A stretch of 64,000 bases of DNA from an uncultured Catonella sp. (GTDB lineage: Bacteria; Bacillota; Clostridia; Lachnospirales; Lachnospiraceae). How positions within the stretch are numbered: the first letter of the stretch is position 1; every line of letters begins with the position of its first letter. The position numbers were made by a program, and so were the translations under genes. The stretch lies in assembly GCA_916438995.1 (NCBI GenBank), contig CAKAGA010000009.1:27009-91008 (forward strand), given 5' to 3'. Below are positions 45,135 to 57,487 of this stretch, piece after piece. The notes beneath the pieces were generated by a model. That model had not been told where the DNA came from, did not search any database, and saw nothing but the letters and a program-made list of their open reading frames with translations.

Positions 45135-48100
45135 TGGTATTTCCTCTTCTTGCAACTGTTGCTATATCAATCATTTCAAGCTCATCTTTATGAGAGTTTG
45201 TTAAACTCCTAAGAAGGGCTGTAGCTGTATCAAGAGCTGTGATTACAGATACACCTGTCTCTATTGCAACTCGTCTGATAAGGAAGCCGTCCTTAGACTT
45301 GCCCGCACCCTTAGAAGGAGTGTCTATAACAAGGTCAATGATTGTGTGCAAGTAAAAGATCCATAAGTGTAGGTGCAGCCTGTTCAAGCTTGTTTACCTG
45401 AGTTACCTCAACTCCGTTATTCTTAAGAACTTCTGCTGTACCTCTTGTTGCATATATCTCATAACCAAGCTTGTTAAAGCCTGCTGCTATAGGCACGATT
45501 TCCTTCTTGTCCTCATCACAAACTGTAATTATCATCTTCTTGTGTATAGGAAGGTCAATTCCTGCCCCAAGGAAGGCCTTAAAGAGAGCCTCATCAAAGG
45601 TTTTTGCTATACCAAGGCACTCACCTGTAGACTTCATCTCAGGTCCTAAGGAAATCTCAGCTCCTCTTAGCTTTTCAAATGAGAATACAGGCATCTTCAC
45701 TGCCACATAAGGAGCTTCCTTCTGAAGTCCAGGCTCAAATCCAAGGTCTCTAATCTTTTCTCCCATAATTACCTTAGCAGCAAGCTCTACAATAGGTATA
45801 CCTGTTACCTTGCTTATATATGGTACTGTACGGCTTGAACGAGGGTTTACCTCTATAACATATACTTCATTCTCATAAATGATGAACTGAATATTTACAA
45901 GTCCGATTACGTGGAGGCTCTTTGCAAGCTTCCTTGTATAGTCCTCTATCCTTTCGATTAGCTCAGCAGATATATTCTGTGAAGGATAGACTGAAATACT
46001 GTCTCCTGAGTGAATACCAGCTCTTTCAATATGCTGCATTATACCCGGAATCAGGATGTCCTCACCGTCGCAAACTGCATCTACTTCAAGCTCCTCACCC
46101 ATAAGATACTTGTCTACGAGGATAGGATGCTCCTGTACATTGCGGTTGATTATATTGATATATTCCCTTATGTCTGAATCAGAAATAGCTATTCTCATTC
46201 CCGCACCGCCAAGTACATAGGAAGGACGCACAAGCACAGGATAACCAAGCCTGTTAGCTACTTCGACAGCTTCATCCGCAGTAAATACCGTTCCACCTGA
46301 GGCCCTAGGTATACCTGTTTCATTTAAGATATTGTCAAATATCTCTCTATCCTCCGCTGCATCCACGTCTTCTGCGGATGTACCAAGTATCTTTACTCCC
46401 ATTTCCATAAGAGCCTTGGTAAGACCTATGGCTGTCTGCCCACCAAACTGAACTACCGCTCCATAAGGCTTCTCAAGCTCAACTACATTTCTTACATCCT
46501 CAGGAGTAAGAGGCTCAAAGTAAAGCTTATCAGCTATATCAAAGTCAGTACTTACTGTTTCAGGGTTGTTGTTTATTATGATGGTCTCATAGCCTGCCTT
46601 TGAAAATGCCCATACACAATGTACCGAGCAGAAGTCAAACTCTATACCCTGGCCGATTCTTATTGGACCTGAGCCAAGTACCAGCACCTTCTTCTTATCT
46701 GTAACTGAGGTATTCTCGTTTTCACCGTCAAAGCAGGAATAGTAATAAGGTGTGACAGCCTCAAACTCAGCTGCACAGGTATCTACCATCTTAAATCCAG
46801 CAACAATATTTTCTTTTATTCTACAATCGTAGATTTCTTTTTCAGTCTTTCCTGTAAGCTTTGCAATGACCTTGTCAGGGAATTCCATACGCTTTGCCTC
46901 AAACAAAAGCTCTCTTGTAAGCTCCTCATTTTTAAGGCGAAGCTCACATCTTACAAGACGCTCTATCTTATCTATGAACCACTCATCTATCTTCGTTATA
47001 TTATGAATGTACTCAGGTGTAATTCCCCTCCTGATAGCCTCAGCTATAAGGAAGATTCTTCTGTCATCTACTTTTTGAAGCTCATCCTTGATATCCTCAT
47101 CAGTAAATCCCTCGTAGTAATTGACTATGAGGCTATCCACATGCTGCTCTAAGGAGCGGATTGCCTTCATAAGAGCACCTTCAAAGTTGGTGCATATACT
47201 CATAACCTCACCCGTAGCCTTCATCTGGGTGGTAAGAGTTCTCTTTGCTGTTATGAACTTATCAAAAGGAAGTCTAGGTATCTTAACAACCACATAGTCA
47301 AGTGCAGGCTCAAAGCTTGCAAATGTTCTTCCTGTAACAGCATTCTTAATCTCATCAAGGGTGTAGCCAAGTGCAATCTTAGCCGCCACCTTAGCTATAG
47401 GATAGCCCGTAGCCTTTGAGGCAAGCGCAGATGAACGGCTAACTCTAGGGTTCACCTCTATAACACAGTATTCAAAGGTGTGAGGGTTAAGTGCATACTG
47501 TACGTTACAGCCACCTGTGATTCCAAGCTCATCTATTATGTTAAGAGCAGATGTTCTTAGCATCTGGTGCTCTTTATCAGAAAGTGTCTGAGATGGGGCT
47601 ACTACTATACTGTCGCCTGTATGAACTCCAACCGGGTCAAGGTCTCCATGTTGCAGACAGTAATGCAGTTACCTCTGCTATCTCTCATTACCTCATACTC
47701 TATCTCTTTCCAGCCTGCGATTGAGCGCTCTATAAGACACTGACCTACTCTTGAAAGCCTAAGTCCGTTCTCACAGATTAAGCGAAGTGATGCTTCATCA
47801 TCAGCTATACCACCTCCTGAACCACCGAGGGTATAAGCAGGTCTTACAACTATCGGATAGCCTATTTCTTTGGCAAATTCTACAGCAGCTTCAACGTCTT
47901 CTACTATTGTAGAAGCAGCAACAGGCTCCTTAAGCTTCTCCATAGTATTCTTGAACTCAAGTCTGTCCTCAGCCTTTTTGATAGTTAAAGCAGTTGTGCC
48001 TATGAGCCTTACATTGTTCTCCTTAAGGAAGCCACTCTCCTCAAGCTCCATAGCAAGGTTAAGTCCTGCCTGTCCTCCAAGGGTTGGAAGTATACTGTCA

Positions 48101-48351
48101 GGTTTCTCTTCTTTAATGATTTTCTTAACAACATCTACATTAAGAGGCTCTATATATACCTTATCCGCAATATCCTTATCTGTCATAATTGTAGCAGGGT
48201 TTGAATTAACAAGTACAACCTCTATACCTTCTTCTTTAAGGGAACGGCAGGCCTGAGTACCTGCGTAGTCAAATTCAGCGGCCTGTCCGATAACTATAGG
48301 TCCTGAACCTAAAACCATTACTTTTTTAATATCAGCTATTCTTGGCATCAT
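45127..48351 (-). CDS. carB: carbamoyl-phosphate synthase large subunit; frameshifted
   Basis: [49 protein letters not shown] and an MGS-like C-terminus. Confidence 0.96.
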
Positions 48352-49485
48352 TAACCTCCCTTAAAAATTCATCAAACAAATATCCTGTATCAAGCGGTCC
48401 TGAGCAAGCCTCAGGGTGGAACTGTACAGTAAATATCCTCTTCCCTGTATAGCGGATACCCTCAACAGTACCGTCATTTACATTTATAAAGCTTGTAGTT
48501 GCAACCTCCTCAGGCATACTCTTATCAACTACCATGTAGCCATGGTCTGAGTAGATATGTATACTCTTCCTGTAGAAAGATCCTTTACAGGGTGATTTGC
48601 TCCCCTGTGGCCGTACTTCATCTTCTCAGTCCTTGCACCCTTGGCAAGTGCCATAAGCTGGTGTCCGAGGCAGATGCCAAAGATAGGAATGTCTCCGTCA
48701 AAGAGCTTCTTTAACTCTTCAATGATATCCGTACATTCTGCGGGGTCTCCAGGTCCGTTACTAAGCATAATTCCATCAGGCTTGTCCCTAAATATCTCTT
48801 CTGCCTTGGTATTCTGTGGATATACAGTTACCTCACAGCCCCTTCTTAAAAGAGAATCCACTATGTTCTTCTTGGCACCGAAATCCATAAGGGCAATCTT
48901 GTACTTTGTCTCAGTAACAAAGTCATTCTTAAACTGGAATTCAGGCTTAAATACCTTATCAGGTCTTCTTGCAAAACGAGGCTCAAATATCTCCTTTTCT
49001 TTGCAGGATACCCGCTCAACCACTCCTTCTACCCTATAGCGCTTAATTTTATTCAAAATATTAGCACTTCCAAGTTTTGTTTCGTCAGTTGTTATCATAC
49101 CGTTCATGGTACCACTTTCACGAAGAATCCTTGTAAGTGCCCTTGTATCAATGCCATAAATGCCTGTAATTCCCTGATCAACTAAAAATCTTGACAGAGA
49201 ATCATCATTTCTAAAATTAGAGGCTTTTCCTGCTATTTCACGAACTATAAAACCATCAGGCTGAGCTTTTTTTGACTCCATGTCCTGATAATTAATACCG
49301 TAATTACCAATCAAAGGATAGGTCATTGTAACTGCCTGTCCAGCGTAACTAGGATCGGTAAGTATCTCAAGATAGCCCGTCATAGAAGTGTTGAATACTA
49401 TCTCACTGATAACTTCTTTTCTGGCACCAAAAGATTCTCCCGTAAATACCGTTCCGTCTTCAAGAATCAAATATGCTTTCATCAT
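48332..49485 (-). CDS. carA: carbamoyl-phosphate synthase small subunit; frameshift near 48545
   Basis: [29 protein letters not shown] and QFHPE motifs. Confidence 0.96.
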
Positions 49486-49518
49486 TTCCTCCAAATCTTA
49501 CTTTGCAAACTACACCAC

Positions 49519-49627
49519 TTTTGGCAAAAGAAAAAGGAAGAACAAAAGTTTTAATTTCGCTCTTCCTCCTCCTTTCTATTTATGCCCAAATTGTTAGAAT
49601 TGTAGCACATAAATTCAATTAATTCAA
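49519..49627 (-). promoter_or_regulatory. carAB promoter and leader terminator (attenuator-like)
   Basis: TTGAAT-17 bp-TACAAT with extended TG; leader hairpin AGGAAGAGCGAAA/UUUUGUUCUUCCU followed by UUUUCUUUU before the RBS. Confidence 0.65.
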
Positions 49628-49660
49628 GTATAAAACACAAATAATTTTCCCTGTCTTTTA

Positions 49661-50776
49661 TTATTTGTCCTTATAAGTCTTAATTGCATTCGACTTAATC
49701 ACAATTTTGTTAATGCTCTGATCCTTAGCATGGATTGCGACAGCCTTTCCTGCTTTACAGAAAAGTTTGTTCTTCTCTATTACAGCCTTACCAAATTTTA
49801 CTCCAGAATGAGAATATACCATAACAGCCTGCCTGCCACCATAGACTGTATTGCCACTAATCTTAAACTCAGCCTTTTTTAGAGCTTTATCCTTTGAAAA
49901 TGTAGTTATATGCAATCCGACAGTATATGCATCACCAATTCCTTTTCGAAGGCTTCTGATCTTATTATTCTTAACCACAGCTGATTTGGTATTAAAAAGT
50001 ACAACTCCTTCTCCGTTAAGACCGGTTATATTATTACCTATGAGTGTGATATTTTCATGAATAGCATTGATTGCATCCCTAGCCTTTGTATGATTGGCTA
50101 CTACACCCCTGCAGCCAACTATCTTACAATTTTTAATTGTAACATTCTTACAGCCTGCCTTATTCCATAGCGACTTAGCTAAGTCGGTTATAAATGGTAC
50201 ACTTTTCAAATAAGGTGCAGTACCTGAAGTAGCAACATCCAACTGGACAGCCTCTTCTGTCATTGAATCTGCCTTTCCAAGTCCTGCTATATCACAGTTA
50301 TCCATAAACACATCTTTACAAGCGACAAATTCAAAACTATGGCCTAATAAATTAGCTGACCTAACTTTCATATTTTTAAGAGTTATATCATTTGCATGGG
50401 TGAACTTAAATGATGAGCCTGTGTATCCACTGCCTTCCGACTTCCAAGTACCACCGATAATGGTAACATTTGATAAGGAATTGTAGTCAGTTTCATCAGG
50501 TATATTGTAGGCAATAGGCCTTTCACAGATTATGGTTGCTCCTTCCGCATTAATAGTCATGTTGCTTCTTAGAACAATGGACTTCTCAAGTCTATAGGTC
50601 CCACCCTTTTTAAGAGTAACAACCCCCAGTGAATCCAGTTCCTGCTGGATAGCATAAGAATCGTCAATTCCATTAGCTTCGACTACAGCTGAAGCTTTTA
50701 TGCTGTCTGTCTTACCGAAGCAAAAAGCCGCCATAAATAATATTACACCACATAATAGAGTATTTTTAATTTTCAT
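49661..50776 (-). CDS. secreted right-handed parallel beta-helix (pectin lyase-like) protein
   Basis: Signal peptide, DDSYAIQQELD start typical of this fold, NVTI.. repeats, EAVQLD. Confidence 0.75.
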   Translation of the reverse strand: MKIKNTLLCGVILFMAAFCFGKTDSIKASAVVEANGIDDSYAIQQELDSLGVVTLKKGGTYRLEKSIVLRSNMTINAEGATIICERPIAYNIPDETDYNSLSNVTIIGGTWKSEGSGYTGSSFKFTHANDITLKNMKVRSANLLGHSFEFVACKDVFMDNCDIAGLGKADSMTEEAVQLDVATSGTAPYLKSVPFITDLAKSLWNKAGCKNVTIKNCKIVGCRGVVANHTKARDAINAIHENITLIGNNITGLNGEGVVLFNTKSAVVKNNKIRSLRKGIGDAYTVGLHITTFSKDKALKKAEFKISGNTVYGGRQAVMVYSHSGVKFGKAVIEKNKLFCKAGKAVAIHAKDQSINKIVIKSNAIKTYKDK

Positions 50777-50832
50777 CTTTAATTCTCCATACTTATGTAT
50801 CAGATACAATTTTCAAAATATAAAAACTTCAG

Positions 50833-51786
50833 TTAAAATCCGTATTCATCATCATTTCTAACATTTTTTAACTTATAAGCTGTCATAGACAGTTTTTCAT
50901 CCTTAAATGCCCCAAGCATTGCAGGAACAGCACCAACCAAGGTAAAAGCAAAGAGTTTTATTAATTCAGCTACATAAGTAGGCTCTATAAATAAAGTTCC
51001 AATAAAAACTCTGACCATTAATTCAAGATCTTCAAAACCTCCTAATTCCTTCCTGATTGCATATACACAAGTATCTAAAATAAAAGCAGCAAATGTCATA
51101 CATACCATGATTATAAATGAGAGAACCGCTCCTTTTTTGGACAATTTTCCTCCAAGGAGGGCATAGCCCTTTACCGTACAAACTCCCATTACTATTCCCG
51201 AGAGTACAGCAACATAACCTAACTGACCTACTAAAACTATAACGATGAGGCCAATGATACTTCCTAAAAATGCACCTACAATGCCTCCAATAACATTCTC
51301 ACCTTTTTCGTTTCTTGTATAACGTCTTTCTTTTACTGCTATCTCACGCTTTCCATATTCCTCATCAGTTAGAATTAAAACCTCTCCACCTACTACACCA
51401 AATAAGAGATTATCTGTTCTTCCGCTTGCTTCACAACAATTTGTCCATCCTGAGTTTCTAAGTGCCTCAGGTACTGCGGATATAGCAGCCGATATATTCT
51501 CAAGCAAAGCTCCTGATGTAAGTGGCATTTTAATAAAAAACCTCACAGTATACTGTTTGACCGTTACCATAGCAACAGAGTCTATCTGCTTTGCAATCTC
51601 TTTCATTGTCTGTTTGTCAGGCATGCCGCCATTAGTTACAGGAACTACAAGTTCATAGTTTTTACTGTTCTTATAATGCTCCAATTTCATAGCATAACCT
51701 GAAACTGTACCATACCATGAAGCAGATGTTTCATCGTACTCCATTCCCTTTGTCTGCAAAAGTTCTGTAATTTTGCCATCAATCAT
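50833..51786 (-). CDS. conserved membrane protein
   Basis: Soluble N-terminal domain, then GIVGAFLGSIIG and about 4 TM helices. Confidence 0.7.
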   Translation of the reverse strand: MIDGKITELLQTKGMEYDETSASWYGTVSGYAMKLEHYKNSKNYELVVPVTNGGMPDKQTMKEIAKQIDSVAMVTVKQYTVRFFIKMPLTSGALLENISAAISAVPEALRNSGWTNCCEASGRTDNLLFGVVGGEVLILTDEEYGKREIAVKERRYTRNEKGENVIGGIVGAFLGSIIGLIVIVLVGQLGYVAVLSGIVMGVCTVKGYALLGGKLSKKGAVLSFIIMVCMTFAAFILDTCVYAIRKELGGFEDLELMVRVFIGTLFIEPTYVAELIKLFAFTLVGAVPAMLGAFKDEKLSMTAYKLKNVRNDDEYGF

Positions 51787-51920
51787 TTCCTTAAAACCTT
51801 CCCTTCATAATTTAAGCCTAATCCTTTTGCGCCCGTAATATTATACACGATATAAGAAGAATTTTTAAAAGAACAATTATTTATAAAAGACGAGTAATAA
51901 GTCGTATAATTCTTCTGTTT

Positions 51921-52973
51921 TTATAATTCTCTGCTTTTATGCTTATTTATTCCATTCCATGATAGTTTTTTCCACCTGGTTTTTTGAATGTCCAGTTCAA
52001 ATGCCCTGTTCATATCAGATATATCCTTAACAGGTACAATATTATTAATTATATTGCTCAGATAATTCACCATCCAAGGATTCTCGCTAAACATGTTAAC
52101 CGTCATTTTAAAATCCTCACGTCCGCTTCTGCTGCTTCCAAAAAGCCTCAGTCCCTTTTCAAGCACCATTCTGGTATTGATGGGTACAGGATATTCAGAA
52201 ACTCCAAGAAGTGAAATAGTTCCTTCCGGATTGATGAAGTCAATCATCTGCTCTATTGCCTGGCCGCTCGCAGCGTTACCAACACATTCAAAGGCATGGT
52301 CAAAGGTGATGCCCTTTAGTTCACCTGCCACATTGTAGGTATTGTCTGCAAATGAGAAGCTGGCAAGCTTGTCTTCATTTACACCAAAAATTGAAAGCTT
52401 AGAATCAGGCAACATTGACTTTAAGAAAATACCTGTGATAAAGCCCAAATTACCATCTCCGAAAATAGCGATATTATCTCGTCTTCCATGTGAAAAATTC
52501 TTAAATCTAAGAATAGCATGCACACTTACACTCATAAGCTCGATGAAGGCAGCCACATGGTTGTCAATTCCCTCAGGCAGCTTAACCACCCTGTCTGCAT
52601 CAAGAGCTACCAAATCCTGCATAAAACCATCAAAGCCACTTGCCCTGAACTTGGAAGTTCTAAGGTAGTTTTCAGCTATATAGTCATCCTTTTCCACAGG
52701 GGTATTAGGTATCATAACCACCTTGTCGCCTACCTTAACCTTGTCGGAACAGGACTGAACAACTACACCTATAGACTCATGGATGAGAGCCATAGGCAGC
52801 TTTTGATTAAGTATGACCGCAGGACGAAGTCCCTGATAATACCTCTGGTCAGCGTGACAGATAGAGAGAAACTGCGGCCTTACTATGACCTGGTTCTCTT
52901 TATATAACTGGATATCCGAAAAAGCCACCTCAAACCTTCTTGGCGCAACCAATCTGTATACGGTATTTAGCAT
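51921..52973 (-). CDS. tarJ: ribitol-5-phosphate dehydrogenase
   Basis: SICHADQRYYQG, LPMALIHE and GSSRSG motifs. Confidence 0.92.
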   Translation of the reverse strand: MLNTVYRLVAPRRFEVAFSDIQLYKENQVIVRPQFLSICHADQRYYQGLRPAVILNQKLPMALIHESIGVVVQSCSDKVKVGDKVVMIPNTPVEKDDYIAENYLRTSKFRASGFDGFMQDLVALDADRVVKLPEGIDNHVAAFIELMSVSVHAILRFKNFSHGRRDNIAIFGDGNLGFITGIFLKSMLPDSKLSIFGVNEDKLASFSFADNTYNVAGELKGITFDHAFECVGNAASGQAIEQMIDFINPEGTISLLGVSEYPVPINTRMVLEKGLRLFGSSRSGREDFKMTVNMFSENPWMVNYLSNIINNIVPVKDISDMNRAFELDIQKTRWKKLSWNGINKHKSREL

Positions 52974-52976
52974 ATT

Positions 52977-53687
52977 TTACTCCCTATCTGTATTAATCAA
53001 AGTTTCAGCTACTGTAAGATCATAAGGATAGGTAATCTTTATATTAAATACCTCTCCCCTTACAAGATGCACAGCCTCGCCCTTAAGGAGGTAAATCTTA
53101 GCTGCATCAGTTAGTATAGCCTTTTCTTCCTCTGTAAGTGATAAATAAAGCTCCTTCAGGCGTTTTGCCCTAAAGCTCTGAGGAGTCTGTCCCTGATACA
53201 CATTCTTACGGTCAGGAATGCTGCTAATCTTCTCCCCATCTACACTCTCCACTATGGTATCGGTAGCAGGGATGACAGTATCGCAGGCACCTACCTTAAC
53301 TGCTGCCTCTATATTGTCCATGATTATTCTATGTGTTACAAAAGGTCTCACCGCATCATGTGTTACAATGATAGTATCATCATCAAGAGTGAACTTATCT
53401 TCTATGTAGTTAATGGCATTCATGATAGTTGAATTTCTATCACTTCCTCCTGCCATAACCTCAACCTTCTCAACCCCCTTAAGATGCTTGTTGATTATAT
53501 CCCTTGTATAACTTATCCAACTGTCAGGAACAAGAACTATGACCTTCTCAAAAGATTCATTTACAACAAACTTCTCAATCGTATGTAGGATAATAGGCTT
53601 GCCGCCAACATTCAGATACTGTTTTGGCTTTTCGGCATTTCCCATTCTACTGCCTATACCACCTGCACAAATAACTGCAAATACCAT
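52977..53687 (-). CDS. tarI: ribitol-5-phosphate cytidylyltransferase (IspD/TarI family)
   Basis: AGGIGSRMG, PKQYL, HDAVRPF and QTPQ motifs; adjacent to tarJ. Confidence 0.9.
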   Translation of the reverse strand: MVFAVICAGGIGSRMGNAEKPKQYLNVGGKPIILHTIEKFVVNESFEKVIVLVPDSWISYTRDIINKHLKGVEKVEVMAGGSDRNSTIMNAINYIEDKFTLDDDTIIVTHDAVRPFVTHRIIMDNIEAAVKVGACDTVIPATDTIVESVDGEKISSIPDRKNVYQGQTPQSFRAKRLKELYLSLTEEEKAILTDAAKIYLLKGEAVHLVRGEVFNIKITYPYDLTVAETLINTDRE

Positions 53688-53696
53688 AATAACCTC

Positions 53697-55470
53697 CTAT
53701 TTATCAAGTAAACTAACAACTAAATCGGCTACTCTCTGACCTGCCTTACCGTCTAACTCGTCAAAGAACTTGTGCTTAAATGCATCAATTTTTTCGCTTT
53801 CAAAGTCCTTCTTTTCTATGGCTTCAATGAGAGAATCCATATTGTAGACTATCTTGCCCAGGTACAAAGGAGTCGTATTCATAATAAAATCCTCTGGTTG
53901 CAATGTAATTCTGCAAATCAAAAGAATAAAACAACATTGGAATATCAAGGAGACTCGCCTCAAATACCACTGAAGAATAATCAGTTATAAGCACATCAGT
54001 AACGAATAAAAGTTCATTTAACTCTTCATTCTCAGACATATCTATGATTTTTCCTTCATACTCGGCAGGAATCTCAACCCTATTATTCACAAAAGGATGA
54101 TGCTTTATTATAATAACATACTCTCCTTTAAAATGCTCATATAATTTTATAAAATCAAAGCGGTTTTCAGGATAGAACCCTGATTTTTTACCATTTCCTC
54201 TGAAAGTAGGTGCAAAAAGCACCACCTTTTTATCCTTTAAATCAGGATATTTGCTATAGAATTTAGTTCTTGCTTTTTCCTTATATTCATCGCTAAAGAA
54301 GACATCAGTTCTTGGAACTCCGGTAGGAACAACCTTTTCAAGAGAAAGTCCAAAGCCCTCCGCATAGTATTTGCAGATTTCTGAAGAGCTGACTGTACAG
54401 AAATCATAGTTTCTATGTGCATTGTTCTTCTGCTTCTGTCCGCCCGGCCTTCCCAGTCTACTAAAGCCAAAGGTCTTAAATGCACCGCAGGCATGCCAAA
54501 CCTGAATGAGATAATTATCTTCTCTTCTAGGAATCTTGTAGATAAGCTCTATATAATCATCTACTAAAAGTACCTTTGCAGTAGCCATATAATAACCATA
54601 CTTAAGGCAGGTAAGATAACCCTCGTTTGAATCGAAAACAGTTCTTATATCAAGCTCCTTATTGCCTATTATTTTATCATAGATATATTCGTAGTTGCCG
54701 CTTATTCCGTCTCTTCTGTTTGATATGAAAACTATTCTGTTTTTCTTAACCTTAAATACCTTAAAGAGGTCAAAACCAAGCTTAGCAAGGCTTAGCTTTA
54801 AGTAGGCAAAGCTTAGGTTCTTTCTGATTATGCCGCTAACTCTCCATTTTATATGAAAGAGAATTCTCATAAGACCTGTCTTATTATTTTTGGGAGCAGA
54901 CTTAACGCAGGATATGAAGTTAAGCAGGGCTTCTATAACAAATACAGGTAAGAGAAGAATGGCCGTCACAATCAAAACTATGCTCCAAAGCAGGTTCACT
55001 ATGCCCTGACAAGCATTTACGATATTGTTTTTGATGCTCACTTCCTGTTCAGCCTGAAGCGGCCTAATGACAATATCCTGATGCTTCTTACCAAAGTCTA
55101 CATCGTAAAACTCTGAACCATAGATAAGTAAATCACTGGATTCAGCCATAACAGGGCTCACAAAGAGGTGTTCCCCATAAGACACCTCGAGGCTCATCCT
55201 CATCTTCTCGTTGCCATAGTTTTTAAAGAAGACCTGGTCAAGGAGATATGAATACCCCGCAAAAAAGTCAAAGGTCTTTAAGTCCTCACTAGGGTAGTAC
55301 GCCTGTACGGGCATAGGAATCCTTCGGTTTTCCTTTCCATTGTCAAAGATAACAGTCACCATAGGTTTTCTAACCTTAGGATCATAGTCTCCCCTCACTC
55401 TTAAACCTATATTAAGGCTTGAATTCTCAACAAACAATTCAAATACTTTAACACTTATGTCCACTAACAT
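53697..55470 (-). CDS. CDP-glycerol/ribitol phosphotransferase (TagF/TarL family); frameshift near 53855
   Basis: QVWHACGAFKTFG, GVPRTD, FAPTFRG and ITDYSS motifs. Confidence 0.9.
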
Positions 55471-55500
55471 AACCTCTTTCTTTATAAGTCTTATTTATAA

Positions 55501-56097
55501 TCAACCCAAATCCATAATTAGCTTCTTCATAGCAGAAAGAGCTTTTCCTCTGTGGCTAATCTTATTCTTCTCCTCAGGAGAAAGTTCAGCGGAAGTCTTA
55601 CCGTATTCAGGTAAATAAAAAATCGGATCATAACCAAAGCCATTCTCTCCCTTTTGCTCATAACCTATGAGACCTTCCACTACACCTCTTTCCACAAACT
55701 CCCTTCCATCAGGGAGCACCAAAGAAATCACACAGACAAATCTGGCACTTCTCTCCCCTTCCTTAGCGACTGAAAGCTTATTTATGATGTAATTATTCTT
55801 ATAATCATAGTCCGTATCCCTTCCAAGATATCTGGCTGAGTATATCCCAGGTTCTCCATTTAAGTAATCCACCTCAAGTCCTGAATCGTCAGCAAGGGCA
55901 GGAAGCCCTGTAAGCTTTGAGAGGGCTCTTGCCTTGATTAGCGAATTTTCCTCAAAAGTTGTGCCGTCCTCCTCAATATCAGCAGTTATACCCATTTCCT
56001 TCATAGACACTACTTCAATGGGGAAATCCTTAAGTATCTCTTTTATTTCCTTAACCTTTCCTTCATTGGCAGTTGCAAAAACTATTTTATCCATCAT
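55501..56097 (-). CDS. rdgB: XTP/dITP diphosphatase (Ham1 family)
   Basis: ATANEGK, ADDSGL, GFGYDPIF and KISHR motifs. Confidence 0.95.
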   Translation of the reverse strand: MMDKIVFATANEGKVKEIKEILKDFPIEVVSMKEMGITADIEEDGTTFEENSLIKARALSKLTGLPALADDSGLEVDYLNGEPGIYSARYLGRDTDYDYKNNYIINKLSVAKEGERSARFVCVISLVLPDGREFVERGVVEGLIGYEQKGENGFGYDPIFYLPEYGKTSAELSPEEKNKISHRGKALSAMKKLIMDLG

Positions 56098-57382
56098 TCC
56101 TCATTTTCCTTAAAAGCCTGAACTATAGCATTGTAGACAGCTTTTGCACAGGCAGTCATTTTTTTATTGTTCTGTATAAGCTTAAGGTCATCCTTATTGG
56201 TAAGATATCCTATTTCAACAAGAGCAGAAGGCATGGTTGTATGTCCCAAAACATAGTATTCACTTCCCTCAACAACTCCTCTTTTTTTTGTTTTAAGAAC
56301 AGAACAGACACCGTCCAAGATAAGGGTAGCAAATCTTTCAGAGCTTACCTTAGTATTCTTTATTCTTTCATTGTAGTGGATTTCACTTCCTCTTACCTTA
56401 TTAAAATCAATAGGGCTGCCCTTTACAGTATAGTTGTTGTTATGAATGCTTAAAAAGAAGTCTGCATCCAAACCGTTGGCGAGGTCAATTCTCGTTCTCC
56501 TGTAAAGGAAGGTATCGCTAAGTCTTGTATAATACACCTTTATATCATTCTGTTTGTCAAAAAGCTCTTTTAATTTCAAGCCGAATTTAAGGACGGTGTC
56601 TTTTTCAAATACCTTGCTATCACCACTGAAGGTGCCTGCATCTTTTCCTCCATGCCCAATGTCTATCACCAGTATTTTTTTATAGACATCTTTGGGATTA
56701 CTCAGTGAAATATAGTAGTTTTTGGCATCCTCAAATAGTTCCGGTACGTAGAGCCTGTTAAAGGTAAGAATAAATCTAGTTGTTCCCCCTTCCCTTTGTT
56801 CAATCTTAATATTGGCTACAGGATCAGGGTTTTCTATCTGCTTTTTATTCTCTTTTTCATACTTTTCGTAAGCATCACTGTCCTTTTCAGAGGCCTGTGC
56901 CTCACCGTTTATAAATGCTTTCAAATAAGGAGGAAACATCTCTTTCGCAGGTTCTCCCCTGAATTCCTCTCCTTTGTTATATCTAACAACTAAGGAAGAA
57001 TTGTAAAAATTCTCACTTTTATTTTGAATATCCAAATACACAGTTCTGTAGTTATACTCATCACTTATAAATGCCAGTCCATCCTCACTATCCTGTTTGG
57101 GTATAACCACATAGTTCTCAGCCAGCTTTTCTCTATCAAAAACAAAGCCCGCCTCTGCCTTCTCAAAATCACCAGCTGTAGCAGTCTCCTCATCTCCAAT
57201 CTCTATATGCTCTTCATCTATGGCAGCAAGGCTGTCATGAACTTCAAATGGCTTTGCCCAGAGAGTAGTTCTTTCAACTTTGTTCCCCGAAAAATAGAGG
57301 AAAACAACAGAGCCACTGTCATCAGGGAGACACCGGCCGCTGTTATTTTCCTAAGTTCCTTCTTCTTATCTTTCGAGTCCAT
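56094..57382 (-). CDS. N-acetylmuramoyl-L-alanine amidase (Amidase_3); frameshift near the 5' end
   Basis: IDIGHGGKDAG, EK, SIHNN and LVEIGYLTN zinc ligands; N-terminal TM. Confidence 0.88.
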
Positions 57383-57487
57383 CTTTATCACTCCAAAACT
57401 ATGATTTCATCCGTAAAATCCTAAAAAGCTTTAACATATCCATTATACAGCAATGAGTTAGTTTTTCAAGTAAAAACGATAATATAT

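Noticed and set aside
49600..49627. ArgR box or PyrR site at carA
   Set aside because: Only a weak match to TGMAT-N4-ATKCA in AT-rich DNA; no PyrR binding loop.
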